Source: Cyanobacteria bacterium J06626_4
GTDB lineage: Bacteria > Cyanobacteriota > Cyanobacteriia > Phormidesmidales > Phormidesmidaceae
Reading direction: 5' to 3'
Assembly: GCA_038523235.1 (NCBI GenBank)
Contig: JBCBJQ010000038.1
Location: 1 to 49,251, forward strand
DNA length: 49,251 bases
Every line of letters begins with the position of its first letter. Within the stretch, counting starts at the first letter, position 1. The position numbers were made by a program, and so were the translations under genes. Below the pieces are notes generated by a model that was not told the origin of the DNA, did no database searches, and saw nothing but the letters and a program-made list of their open reading frames with translations. Positions 1 through 10,133 of the stretch are shown in pieces.

Positions 1-72
1 CTCGGGTTGATCAATCTGAATTCAAGGCGGTAGATATCCATGAGGGTATCAGTAGTACCTTAATGATTCTGC
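1..72. repeat. 72-bp inverted copy of 240..311
   Basis: The reverse complement of 1..72 matches 240..311 base for base (gcagaatcattaaggtactac...gatcaacccgag). Confidence 0.93.
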
Positions 73-1122
73 CGGTGTCCGTTGGGCATTCCATTCATCT
101 AAAGCATCGATAGCATTTGCCAGAATATTCATGAATACCTGGTTGAGGGGGCCAGGATAGCATTCAACCAGCGGTAATTCACCATAATCTTTGATCACCT
201 TGATCTCAGGATATTCGGAACTTGCCTTCAAACGGTGCTGCAGAATCATTAAGGTACTACTGATACCCTCATGGATATCTACCGCCTTGAATTCAGATTG
301 ATCAACCCGAGAAAAATTACGCAGCGATAACACGATTTGACAAATACGATTCGTTCCTAGTTGCATCGAATCGATGATTTTGGCTAAATCTTCTTGTAGA
401 AATTCCAAGTCGATCTCTTCAGCCGCTGCTTGAATATCGGCCACCGGCTCAGAATAGTGAGTTTGATAGAGTTCTACGAAATCCAAGACATCTTGAACGT
501 AATTTTTGACGTGGGATAAGTTGCCATGAATGAAGTTGATGGGATTATTGATTTCATGGGCGACGCCAGCGACTAATTGCCCCAGGCTAGACATTTTTTC
601 GCTCTGCACCAGCTGCACCTGCATTTTGTGCAAATCATCTAAAGACTGAGATAGTTCTTGAGTCCGATGAGCAACCTGGTCTTCTAACGTTTGCGTGAGA
701 CGTGACAGTTTGATGTGAGTTTGCACACGGGCAATGACTTCTTCTTTTTGAAAAGGCTTGGTAATATAATCAACTGCCCCTAATTCAAAGCCGCGTACTT
801 TATACTCGGCCTCTGATAGGGCGGTAATAAATAAGACTGGAATAGCTTGGGTTTCGGGGTTGGCTTTGAGGCGACGACAGGTTTCAAACCCATCAATTCC
901 TGGCATCATGACATCCAGCAAAATCAAATCAGGTGGGGCATATTCCACCTTTTGCAAAGCACTCAAACCATCTTGAGCAACGAGCACTTGAAAGCCAGCG
1001 TCATCCAATAGATCAAACAGGACACTCAGATTTGCGGGGGTATCATCCACCACTAGAACGGTGCCAGCTCCAGCTTCAGCAAGAAGAGACGGATTTGAGT
1101 GGATGGATTCAACAGGAGACAT
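49..1122 (-). CDS. Response regulator-histidine kinase (REC-HisKA-partial HATPase), C-terminus truncated
   Basis: REC motifs VLVVDD and LLDVMMP; H-box GVAHEINNP; N-box LNQVFMNILANAIDAL; G1/F/G2 boxes missing because the ORF runs into the inverted duplication. Confidence 0.9.
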   Translation of the reverse strand: MSPVESIHSNPSLLAEAGAGTVLVVDDTPANLSVLFDLLDDAGFQVLVAQDGLSALQKVEYAPPDLILLDVMMPGIDGFETCRRLKANPETQAIPVLFITALSEAEYKVRGFELGAVDYITKPFQKEEVIARVQTHIKLSRLTQTLEDQVAHRTQELSQSLDDLHKMQVQLVQSEKMSSLGQLVAGVAHEINNPINFIHGNLSHVKNYVQDVLDFVELYQTHYSEPVADIQAAAEEIDLEFLQEDLAKIIDSMQLGTNRICQIVLSLRNFSRVDQSEFKAVDIHEGISSTLMILQHRLKASSEYPEIKVIKDYGELPLVECYPGPLNQVFMNILANAIDALDEWNAQRTPAESLRYY

Positions 1123-1126
1123 GAAC

Positions 1127-3565
1127 TTAAGAGCCCTTATATTGAGAAATGAGTGCTAGCAATTCCTGTTCACGAAATGATTGCGCGATCGCCTGAATGC
1201 GGTCTGCAAAGGGAACCATCGTGCTGTCTTGTCGCAGCAGTTCCGCCTCTTTTAGGATGCCCTTCATATGGCCGCGCATCGCTAAGTCATACAGCCGCTC
1301 GATCACTGCCGGTGCCGGTGCCACCAATGGTGTTTTCGGCCTCACTTCCGCACTGCTGGAGATGGCCTGAGTCTCGCTATAGTCAGCGACAGTTGGGTCA
1401 GACTGATATTGCCACTCTAAGTTCAGCAGCTTTTCCAAGGTATTGCATAAGTCCACAACGTCAATGGGCTTATGCAAAAAGGCATCCGCTCCGGCGGTTT
1501 GGCAATCTTGACAGTTTCCTGAAAAAACATTTGCGGAGGACGCAATGATTGGGGTGTCTTGAAAGTCAGCCTGCTGACGCAACTGTTTGATCACCAAGAT
1601 GCCATCAATATCGGGCAACTTAATATCCGTAATAATCAGATCAGGATGGAGGTTTTGGGCCTGCGCCAAGCCGCTGTGGCCATCTTCTGCGACTGCCAGC
1701 TGAAAGCCGAGGGGCTCAAGTAAATTCAGCACCACATCACGATTTTGATCACTGTCATCAATAACTAAAATCGTGCGGGGGGCTCCCTGATAGCCCACGA
1801 TGGACCGCTGCGCGTCTACCAGGAGAGAGCGCTGCGCGATGGGCAGGGCTAACTCAAATGCAAACGTACTCCCCTGATCAGATTCACTGATAACCGTGAG
1901 CGTGCTATCCATCGCCTTCAAGAGTTTTTGCGTGATTGCCAGTCCGAGTCCTGTCCCTTCCGAACGACGCTCGACATCACCCACTTGCTCAAAGGGCAAG
2001 AAAATTTTCTCCAGTTGCCCAGGAGACATCCCAACGCCCGTATCCTGAATGCGGAAGCGAAGCTGGACCCGTGTGTCACCGGCATTGCTCTCAGGGTTAG
2101 CCGCGACAACGTCGGGATTCAGAACTTCAACGGTAAGACTCACTTGCCCCTGGTCGGTGAACTTGATGGCATTGCCTAACAGGTTCAACAGTACTTGGCG
2201 TAGGCGCTTGTCATCCACCAGAACGCAGGCGGGTAGCTGAGGGGCACTGTGGTAAGCAAAGGTAATGGCTTTTTGCTCAGCCTTGATGCGGCAGATTTCC
2301 ACCGTGCTTTCTAGCAGGGGCGATAATTGCACTGCTTTGGGGTGCAACTCCATCTTGCCAGCTTCAATTTTTGAGATATCCAACACATCGTTGATCAGGG
2401 TCAACAGGTGAGACCCCGATTGGTGAATCACCTCAATCCCTTTGCGATCGCGCCCTTGCACTCCTTGAGACTGTCTCAAGATTTGGGCATAGCCCAAGAT
2501 GCCGTTGAGGGGAGTCCGTAACTCATGACTCATGTTGGCCAAAAACTGACTCTTGGCCTGATTGGCGGCCTCGGCTGAGGCGGTTGCCTGCTCTAGCTCA
2601 ACCGTGCGAGCGGCTTGCTCTTCTAAAAGTTGTTTAACCCGGCTGATGAGTTGGTTGAGCGACTTGGTTAGGATGCCGACTTCGTTTTCGGTGGTAATGG
2701 GTGCCTGCAAATCAAAGTTGGATTCTTGAGTGACTCGCTGAGCAATGTCTGTAAGGGTTTTGATGGGACGAGCGATCGCTTGACTAGTGCTCAGGGCTAA
2801 CAGAATCGCGATCACTACCGATACACCGATGCTGGCTGTAATAATTTTCAACCGCAGGGCATCGGCCTGGATCAGTCCAGCCTCAGCTTGCTGCTGTTCC
2901 GCGTCTGCCGCTTGGGCGATGCGTATAAGCTCTTCAGAGAGCCGTTCAAACTGGGTGTCAAATTGCAGGGCTTCAGGAGCAAGAACGGCATTGATAATCT
3001 GTTGCTGCGCAGCAGACTCGCTTGTAGAACCGTAGATCGGATCAATTTGATCCCATAGGGACTGGATAAACTGCTGGTAAGCCTTGAACGTCCCAGCGTA
3101 GCCATCTAAAACACCTCGATACTCTGTCAAATCAGTCGAGACAAACTCAGGATGGTTATTGATAAATTCCCTCAGCTCAGCGAGCACTTTTTCAGTCTGC
3201 GACAGCCCGAGTGAAAATTCATTCGTTTCATATTGGAACCACACAGCGCCTTCCGCCGTAGCCAATAGTCGTTGGGGATGAGACCGTAAATTGAGGGACA
3301 GGTTTGATAATGCATTCAGCAAATGTTTCTGCTGATTCGCTACCAGTAATTGGGTTTCTGCTCGAGATTGGTAATACTCTCCACACACTAATCCCACGAC
3401 CGTTCCAGCAACAGCAAGACTAATCGCACACACATAGCCATAGCCAATCCGTTGCGCGATGCCAAGGTTGGCAAACCAGGAGTTGAGCCCACCCAGGTGT
3501 GGCCTCTTTTGACCTGGGGATACACCCGGAAATTGGCTCTCCTTCGCCTGATTGATCTCTACCAT
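1127..3565 (-). CDS. Membrane hybrid sensor histidine kinase (2 TM, HAMP, HisKA, HATPase, REC)
   Basis: Two hydrophobic segments; HAMP (RPIKTL...NEVGIL); MSHELRTPLN; NLLGNAIKFT; DTGVG; GTGLGL; C-terminal REC (ILVIDD...TDIKLP). Confidence 0.95.
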   Translation of the reverse strand: MVEINQAKESQFPGVSPGQKRPHLGGLNSWFANLGIAQRIGYGYVCAISLAVAGTVVGLVCGEYYQSRAETQLLVANQQKHLLNALSNLSLNLRSHPQRLLATAEGAVWFQYETNEFSLGLSQTEKVLAELREFINNHPEFVSTDLTEYRGVLDGYAGTFKAYQQFIQSLWDQIDPIYGSTSESAAQQQIINAVLAPEALQFDTQFERLSEELIRIAQAADAEQQQAEAGLIQADALRLKIITASIGVSVVIAILLALSTSQAIARPIKTLTDIAQRVTQESNFDLQAPITTENEVGILTKSLNQLISRVKQLLEEQAARTVELEQATASAEAANQAKSQFLANMSHELRTPLNGILGYAQILRQSQGVQGRDRKGIEVIHQSGSHLLTLINDVLDISKIEAGKMELHPKAVQLSPLLESTVEICRIKAEQKAITFAYHSAPQLPACVLVDDKRLRQVLLNLLGNAIKFTDQGQVSLTVEVLNPDVVAANPESNAGDTRVQLRFRIQDTGVGMSPGQLEKIFLPFEQVGDVERRSEGTGLGLAITQKLLKAMDSTLTVISESDQGSTFAFELALPIAQRSLLVDAQRSIVGYQGAPRTILVIDDSDQNRDVVLNLLEPLGFQLAVAEDGHSGLAQAQNLHPDLIITDIKLPDIDGILVIKQLRQQADFQDTPIIASSANVFSGNCQDCQTAGADAFLHKPIDVVDLCNTLEKLLNLEWQYQSDPTVADYSETQAISSSAEVRPKTPLVAPAPAVIERLYDLAMRGHMKGILKEAELLRQDSTMVPFADRIQAIAQSFREQELLALISQYKGS

Positions 3566-3711
3566 GCCTTTACTCCAAGAGTTTGCCCTGGCCTATCGCT
3601 TGATACACTGGCGCATCATGTCATAGCCTGAATCCCTGCAATCAATCGATCTTGATTAGCTGATAGCCAGGATAAATAGCGGGAATCACGAAAACGTCCA
3701 TTCTGGTGGAC

Positions 3712-4596
3712 CTAAAGGTGAGTATCTTGCCCAGTGAGTCGATACATTTCACGCACCATGTCGTAATCGCTATCGTTTGCAGCGACTAACGTACCCCCCT
3801 GAAATTTCTGATTGGCCTCTGTTGCCAGCAGCCCTGCTATCAATTTGTCCTTCTGCTCGAGCATGCGAGATTGGATATCCTCCACCTCAGCTGGTTCCAA
3901 TAAGCGATTGAGCACAAAAACATCGTTGGGAAGGGGGGCACCTTCAGCAATGATGGGAAACTCGGTTTCAGACACACCTGCAGCACTGAGAAATTTTTCA
4001 TATCGGTGGGGAAGTCCGACCACTGCATCAACACTGCCATCCTGCAAGTTCGTCCAGATACCGGTTGAGCCCAGTGCAACCATCTCATAGTCATCGGTTG
4101 GCTGTAAGCCACCGTCAGCAAGGAGCTTGACACCTCCGATATGACCGCCAGTTTGGCCAACCTCGGTAATTCCAACCGTCTTACCCTTTAAATCTGCTAA
4201 TGCCTGGATTCCACTGTCAGCCCGGGTCACAATCAGCGAGTGATAGTTGAGCCGGGTCAGGGACACAACCGGCAGCGCTTCTGATTTGGCTCGAATCACC
4301 ACATATTCTGAAGGCCCAGCCATCACCATATCGACTTCAAAAGCATGGAGGGCGGCGGCGGCGGCGATGAGGTTTTCTGTGGGAAAAAACTCAACCGGTC
4401 GCTCTAAGACCTCTTCCAGAGCAACTCGAAAGGGCTCATAGTCGTTCTGTAATTCTTCCATCCCAACCACATCAGTGACCGCAAAGCGCAGGGTCTTGCG
4501 TTGATTGCTCGGAGCACTCATCTGCCCACTAGTGGTGGTTGCAGCACACCCTGCAGTAAAGAATAAAGAATAGGCAAGAAAATGGCGTCGTTTCAT
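3712..4596 (-). CDS. PhnD/SsuA-family periplasmic binding lipoprotein
   Basis: KRRHFL twin-arginine-like signal with lipobox TAGC; LRFAVTD, AGPSEYV, DLKGKT, PLPND motifs. Confidence 0.85.
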   Translation of the reverse strand: MKRRHFLAYSLFFTAGCAATTTSGQMSAPSNQRKTLRFAVTDVVGMEELQNDYEPFRVALEEVLERPVEFFPTENLIAAAAALHAFEVDMVMAGPSEYVVIRAKSEALPVVSLTRLNYHSLIVTRADSGIQALADLKGKTVGITEVGQTGGHIGGVKLLADGGLQPTDDYEMVALGSTGIWTNLQDGSVDAVVGLPHRYEKFLSAAGVSETEFPIIAEGAPLPNDVFVLNRLLEPAEVEDIQSRMLEQKDKLIAGLLATEANQKFQGGTLVAANDSDYDMVREMYRLTGQDTHL

Positions 4597-4639
4597 TATG
4601 AGAATCCCATAGAGCTATTAGCATGAAGAGGCCTTTAAT

Positions 4640-4761
4640 TAGGTCGAAAAGAAATCAACGAAATCCGGCTTGAAATATAAGCTCGTTATTCATCAATCTG
4701 TGTCGTTGGCAGACATCACCCATCCCTTGAAGGGAATACCCAAGAAATTTCGTCGTTTCAT
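4640..4761 (-). pseudogene. Possible remnant of a third PhnD-like gene (N- and C-terminal pieces joined)
   Basis: ATG at 4761 after GAGG; reads MKRRNF(LGYS with one base restored), then FKGWVMSANDTD, echoing MKRRHFLAYS and FQGGTLVAANDSD of the adjacent gene. Confidence 0.45.
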
Positions 4762-5364
4762 GTTGTCGCCTCTGGAAGATTGTGAAAAATAACTGACCTT
4801 TGAGTAGAGACGTTCCTGCCGACATAGTTAAAGTTGCCCAGAGATCTGCCAAGGCAAACAAGCGTGAAATGATTTTTATTTTCCATTCAATATACTGAGA
4901 AGCTGACTCTCAACTCCCACTGGTCGCGATGGCCATTGCCAATCCTCAAGAGGAATCAGTGCTGCTTGCTTAGATTAGCTCCCCGCTTTTTTTGAGTTGT
5001 CAGGAGGGCTTTAAGGTCGGCTTCATTTTCCCTTATTTTGAGATGGCAAACGCCTGACATCGCTCATCGTGAATGCTGCAGTTCCTTTCGGGCATCTGTA
5101 CAGAATTGAGATTACTAATTAGGGGAATAGGCTGAGTCTGCTGGCTCATAGTGTTAAGTCACTCAACGGCTGGGTAAGCTATGAATGTGGCCTATTGGTT
5201 CCTTTCACTAATAAGGATAAGAAGGCCTCAATATGGCATCTGTCCTTTCGTATAGGATAGCCAGGATTATTATTCCAGGTATGCAGAGTGTCCTAGGACT
5301 AGCAACCTGCACAAACCTCTGTTGTGATTGCGATAACGGTACCTCTTATTGCGTTGGTTTTGGT

Positions 5365-6252
5365 ATGTTAAAACGTCGCGCCTTCCTAAAATACAGTTTG
5401 CTAGGGTTAGGCGGTTGCTCCCTCGCTAAAGGACCTTCTTTACCGCTTACTGGTCAGCAGAAACATCCGGAAAAGCTGAGGTTTGCTGTTACCGATCTGA
5501 GTGGCCTGGATACCCTTGAGCAGGATTTTGGCCAATTTCGAGAGGTGCTTGCCAAAGTCCTGGCGCTGCCGGTTGAGTTCTTCCCGGTTGAGAACTACAC
5601 TGCTGCAGCACCGGCGCTGTTGGCCAACGAGCTAGACTTCGCTATGGCTGGTCCGTCTGAATATTTACTGCTAAGGGCAAGGGCAAACGCCGTCCCCATT
5701 GTGGGCGTGACACGCTCTAACTACTACACCATGGTGATGACGCGAGTGGGCAGCGGGATCCAGACCTTGGCCGATCTCAAAAACAAAACAATTGCGATGC
5801 GGACTAAAGGCTCGACCGCAGGCCACATCGTGCCCATGAAGATGCTGCTGGATGCAGGGGTATCACCTCAGGACTATGAAGTCCAGATGCTCAATCGAGA
5901 GGGAGCTGATGCGCTCCGGTCGGGGCAGGTAGACGCCTGGACAGATTCCTTCTCTCGCTATACAGAGTATGTGAAGGAGCCGGGACTAGAAGAGACTGAG
6001 ATACAGGTAATTGCGAGTAGTGATCCCCTGCCACCCGATTTGTTTGTGGCAAACCCCAGCTTAGGAGACGAGTTTATTGAGAATCTGCAATTGCGAATGA
6101 TCGAGTACAAAGCAGCACTCCTAGAAGCGTTGTCAGCTTCTGAGGCTAATGCTAAGTACATTACTTCCGACATGATTGCTGTGCAAGATGCCGATTATCA
6201 GGCCCTGCGCGACAGCTATTACGCAATTGGTCAAGGTTCAGCTATCGAGTAG
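5365..6252 (+). CDS. Second PhnD/SsuA-family binding lipoprotein
   Basis: ATG 5365 gives MLKRRAFL...LGGC (Tat signal plus lipobox); paralogous to 3712..4596 (LRFAVTD, PVEFFP, AGPSEY). Confidence 0.85.
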   Translation: MLKRRAFLKYSLLGLGGCSLAKGPSLPLTGQQKHPEKLRFAVTDLSGLDTLEQDFGQFREVLAKVLALPVEFFPVENYTAAAPALLANELDFAMAGPSEYLLLRARANAVPIVGVTRSNYYTMVMTRVGSGIQTLADLKNKTIAMRTKGSTAGHIVPMKMLLDAGVSPQDYEVQMLNREGADALRSGQVDAWTDSFSRYTEYVKEPGLEETEIQVIASSDPLPPDLFVANPSLGDEFIENLQLRMIEYKAALLEALSASEANAKYITSDMIAVQDADYQALRDSYYAIGQGSAIE

Positions 6253-6310
6253 TGCATCTAAGGATAGAACCCCAGTAGTGTTCGACCGGCTAGTTAAAAT
6301 AGTGACTCGG

Positions 6311-6545
6311 TTAGGTAGTTGGTTCGGAATTCACCGCCGCATTGCCAAAAAATTGGCTTTGGTTATGCGTACGATGCATAGCCTTTAGTTGAGTGTCACA
6401 CCGGACAGCTTAACCAGGTCTTTATGAATATTTCCAGTAATGCCATTGATGCATTAGGAACAGAGCCGCATTTAGAACATCGCACCATTACAGTTACGAC
6501 TCGATATCCTTAGATCCAGGCTGGGTTGTCATACATGGCAAAGAT
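6311..6545 (+). pseudogene. Internally deleted histidine kinase remnant
   Basis: LGSWFG..IAKK/IGFGYA (compare LNSWFA..IAQRIGYGYV of the 812-aa kinase) joined to YDA*PLVECHTGQLNQVFMNISSNAIDAL (compare YGELPLVECYPGPLNQVFMNILANAIDAL); contains a frameshift and stops. Confidence 0.8.
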
Positions 6546-6938
6546 TTGGTCTCAGTTTTATTCCTTGGGATTTTCTACTTAATGCTCCAGTACTGAACCC
6601 ACCCCCAAGCAGCATTGTCAGCCAGCTTAAATCAATCTGGTGATGACAACGTGGCTGCTCATTACGCTGCTCAAATGATGACAGCGATATCAGTGCGATC
6701 GCTCAGGAGACCGTAATAGCACTCAATCTTGCGCCGGTAATGGTTAGTGACATAGTTGCTGTTGGTATGGGCATCAGTGAAATGAACAGCTTGACCCCAA
6801 AATGGGCCGACACCAGTCACGAGCAGCCACAGTCAGGAGAGCCGTTCTCTTCGGGTAGCCGGGGTGCGTTGAAGCAGCATCACCAGCAGGCAGAAAGGAA
6901 GAACAGTCAAACCGTTGAATCACTCGCGTCGGGGATAC

Positions 6939-8652
6939 ATGCAGTCTGAGCTAGCCCCATCATCCTGGTATCTCGTCTTGGGCCGATCGCCACAGCCGCT
7001 CTCTAACGTGGCCTGGCAAGATGAGGGGTTAGTTAGCCATTGTCGGCATTGCGCCCGGGGTGGGTGGTCAGGAACGGTGGGTGGTGGTCGGCGATGTGTG
7101 GTTGAGTGATCGCGACGGCCTCCTACGCTGGCTCGAACTTGACTCGGCAGACTGGCGGGGCACCGATATCGACATCGTGGCCCGCTGCTGGGAACAGTCG
7201 GGAGTCGCGGCGCTGCAATTGCTACGCGGCATGTTTGCGATCGCCATCTGGGATCGGCACCGTCAGGAACTGTGGCTGATTCGCGATCGCGTCGGCGCGC
7301 GCACGCTCTACACCGCTCAGATAGGGCAGACCTGCTACATCGCCCCCAGGCTGAGAACGCTGAATCCGGGGCGCTCGTCTCAGCTTGACCTGGTCGCCCT
7401 GCGAGACTATCTGTGCTGTGCTTTTGTGCCCGGCGAACGCACCCTCTGGCAAGACGTGCGCGAACTGCGCCCCGGCACTTATCTGCAGCTACCGCAGGGC
7501 AACGCTTCCTCCTACTGGCAAGCGCCGCCGCCGGAGTGGAGTGACGAGGCCGCTCCGCCGCTGGCGTAGTATGGTGAGCGGCTGCGATCGCAACTAGCGG
7601 CGGTGACAAAAGCCTGTCTACCCGCCGGGCAGCCGGTTGGAGTCTATCTGTCGGGCGGTCTCGACTCTAGCTGCATCACGGCGCTTGCGGCGCAGTTTCA
7701 TCAGCCGCCGGTGCATACCTATGCTATTCACTTTGGGGCAGAGTATCCCAACGAACTAGCCTTTTCGAGCCTGGTGGCCGCCCATTGTCAGACCCAGCAT
7801 CACGTGCTGGAAATTACGCCCCAGCAACTGTGGCAACGGCTGCCCGAGACGATGTCGGCTTTGGATGACCCGATTGGCGACCCGCTGACGGTACCGAACC
7901 TACTGTTGGGTCAGCTAGCGCGGGAGACGGTACAGGTGATTCTCAATGGGGAAGGGGGTGACCCCTGTTTTGGTGGCCCCAAAAACAAGCCCATGCTGCT
8001 CAATAGCCTGTACGGACAGGCCGCAACGCCGGAGTCGGATAATCCCCTGCTGACCGCCTATCTCAACTCGTTTCAAAAGTGTGCGTCAGTTTTACCGCAG
8101 CTGCTGCGCCCCGAGGTGTGGCAGGCGGTGCAGGCAGCGCCCTCAGTTTTTGCGGCTGACCTGCAGGCGACTGATGCCTATCTGAATCGGCTAATGGAGC
8201 TCAATATCAAATTTAAGGGGGCCGACCACATTTTGACCAAGGTCAACAATTTGACGCAGGCGGCGGGCCTGCAGGGGCGATCGCCCCTGTTTGACTCGCG
8301 CATTGTAGAACTGAGTCGGCAAATTCCCCCGGCCTACAAGCTGGCCGGAGCCAACGAAAAGGCTGTGCTTAAAGCTGCTGTTGCCGATCTGCTGCCGGCA
8401 TCCATTGTGCATCGTCCTAAAAGCGGCATGATGGTGCCCGTGCAGGCTTGGTTTTATCAATTGTGGAATCGTCAGGCACGATCGCTCTTACTCAACCGCC
8501 GGGCCGCGATCGCGCCCTATCTCAATCAAGCGCTGATTCGCCAATGGCTGTCTTATCGCGGTGATGTGTGGCGGCGTTATGGGGCCAAACTGTGGCTGCT
8601 GGTGAGTCTCGAAATTTGGTTGCAGGCTAACTCAGACAGTTTGCGACATTAA
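6939..8652 (+). pseudogene. AsnB-like ATP-dependent amide/lactam synthetase 1, disrupted
   Basis: LRGMFAIAIWD, RDRVG, PP-loop SGGLDSS, GEGGD, RSPLFD, RPKSGM; 4-bp duplication TTAGTTAG at 7029-7036 and in-frame TAG at 7567-7569; repairing both gives one 569-aa ORF. Confidence 0.88.
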
Positions 8653-8702
8653 CTGAAACTGTTGAGGTCAGTCATAATCAGGACTCCATATACCCGTCCA
8701 GC

Positions 8703-10124
8703 TCAGCCGAAATCATCGCCATCAGCATCGATAAAAATGATGCCTCCGGCAGCGGTCTGCCAAGTGCGGTCGGCTTCGTCAATGTTATCAGCCTCCTCTC
8801 GTCGGCTGGGTTCAGGCGGCGATGCCGAGTCACGGGTTTCAGCTCGACGGCTGGCGGCAATGCTCTGCATCACAATTTGCAAAAGCGTCCGGGGGAGGAA
8901 AGATTCCAGTTCGACATAACGACGCGCTGCTAGCCAGCGCCGTTCATCGGCAGTCAACATCTGTTGGACAGCCTCCGGCAGATCTGACAGCGACACCGTA
9001 GATTCAGCCAAGTATCGAACAAACATCTTTGAGTGGCTGAAGACTTGATGCGGAGAAAGTCCCAGGTCGTAAATTTGCGCTGAACTATGGGCAAACCAGT
9101 CTGGAGAAGTTCGTAGCTGGTATGCCATGGCGACCCCCGAGACCGTGGCACTATGCAGGGCGTACACTTTAAGCTCTGGATTCCGCCGCAGCATCGTCAT
9201 CAAGGTACTGAAGATGCTTTGTGGATAGCCGTGGATGCTCAAAACAGGACAGTTACGCTCAAAGTGAAAGTTATTGGCAATCAGAAATTGGGCGATCGCG
9301 TCACTATCACAAATCAAAACGCGATCAAAGCTATACAGCGTCAGGTCGGGAGCGATCTCGGCGGTGCTGGGGGGCGACCACGGCTGTGAGGCCAGCATCG
9401 GAATCGCCCCATTGACCAACTCCCACTGGCTCAAAATCGTCTCCAACCGAGCAGGGGCGATCGCGATACGCCTCACCGGTGGCCCTGGTGGTGGGGGCTC
9501 TGCCGACAGTCGAGCGGGTGCAGCGGTCGGTCGGGCCGGAACCGGACGCCTAAACTGATCCGAATTTAGCAAGAACAATAGCAGGATGGCTCCCGTAATC
9601 AGCAGCCACCACCCCATTGTGACTAACAAGGGGCGGCTGTAGTATCGGCCCGCCCAGAGCAGACCACTACCGACAAGGAGGGCGATGACGGACGACCGGC
9701 CCGGTATGCCGAGCGCCGCCAAGATGCCAGCTCCGAGTAATAATCCGCCCCAGACCATGTCCATCTGCAGCAGTCCTACTCCTAGGGTGATCACGCTGAT
9801 GGCGATCACCGCCGTCCTCGTTGGTGCCAAAGCGGGTAGTGGTCGGGGGGCAGGCCGCCGGACGCGGGGCACAGAGAGGCGGTAGTTAGGCCCTTGCAGT
9901 CGGCGGTTGAGGTGATAAAAAAGCTGCTGGCGGGTAAAGCTCAGCGAGCCATTGGCTGAAATGTTCGCGATCGTGCGCTGAAAAAAGACATCCGTTAATC
10001 GGGGCGGGCTAGGCCGATTGGTGGCCCCCAACACAAACGGATGGCGACAGTTTTTGCAGCGCCCAGCATTACGAATGCGCTCTCTGAGTTGATTGTCGGT
10101 ATTGCACTGCATGCATCTCATCAC
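8703..10124 (-). CDS. Membrane protein with N-terminal Zn ribbon and C-terminal Toprim-like domain
   Basis: CxxC...CxxC; about 4 hydrophobic segments; RVLICDS, HGYP, ALHSATVSG, LGLSP and VELES resemble the TopoVI-A/Spo11-type Toprim motifs. Confidence 0.7.
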   Translation of the reverse strand: MMRCMQCNTDNQLRERIRNAGRCKNCRHPFVLGATNRPSPPRLTDVFFQRTIANISANGSLSFTRQQLFYHLNRRLQGPNYRLSVPRVRRPAPRPLPALAPTRTAVIAISVITLGVGLLQMDMVWGGLLLGAGILAALGIPGRSSVIALLVGSGLLWAGRYYSRPLLVTMGWWLLITGAILLLFLLNSDQFRRPVPARPTAAPARLSAEPPPPGPPVRRIAIAPARLETILSQWELVNGAIPMLASQPWSPPSTAEIAPDLTLYSFDRVLICDSDAIAQFLIANNFHFERNCPVLSIHGYPQSIFSTLMTMLRRNPELKVYALHSATVSGVAMAYQLRTSPDWFAHSSAQIYDLGLSPHQVFSHSKMFVRYLAESTVSLSDLPEAVQQMLTADERRWLAARRYVELESFLPRTLLQIVMQSIAASRRAETRDSASPPEPSRREEADNIDEADRTWQTAAGGIIFIDADGDDFG

Positions 10125-10133
10125 TCAAGTTCC

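Noticed and set aside
4597..5364. Pho/SphR boxes upstream of the PhnD-like genes
   Set aside because: No convincing 11-bp-periodic TTAA repeats found by eye
5233..5364. 44-aa N-terminal extension of the second PhnD protein
   Set aside because: The Tat/lipoprotein signal and alignment to the paralog start at ATG 5365
6740..6949. 69-aa ORF overlapping the asnB1 start
   Set aside because: No recognisable motif; it may be the tail of a deleted gene but cannot be supported
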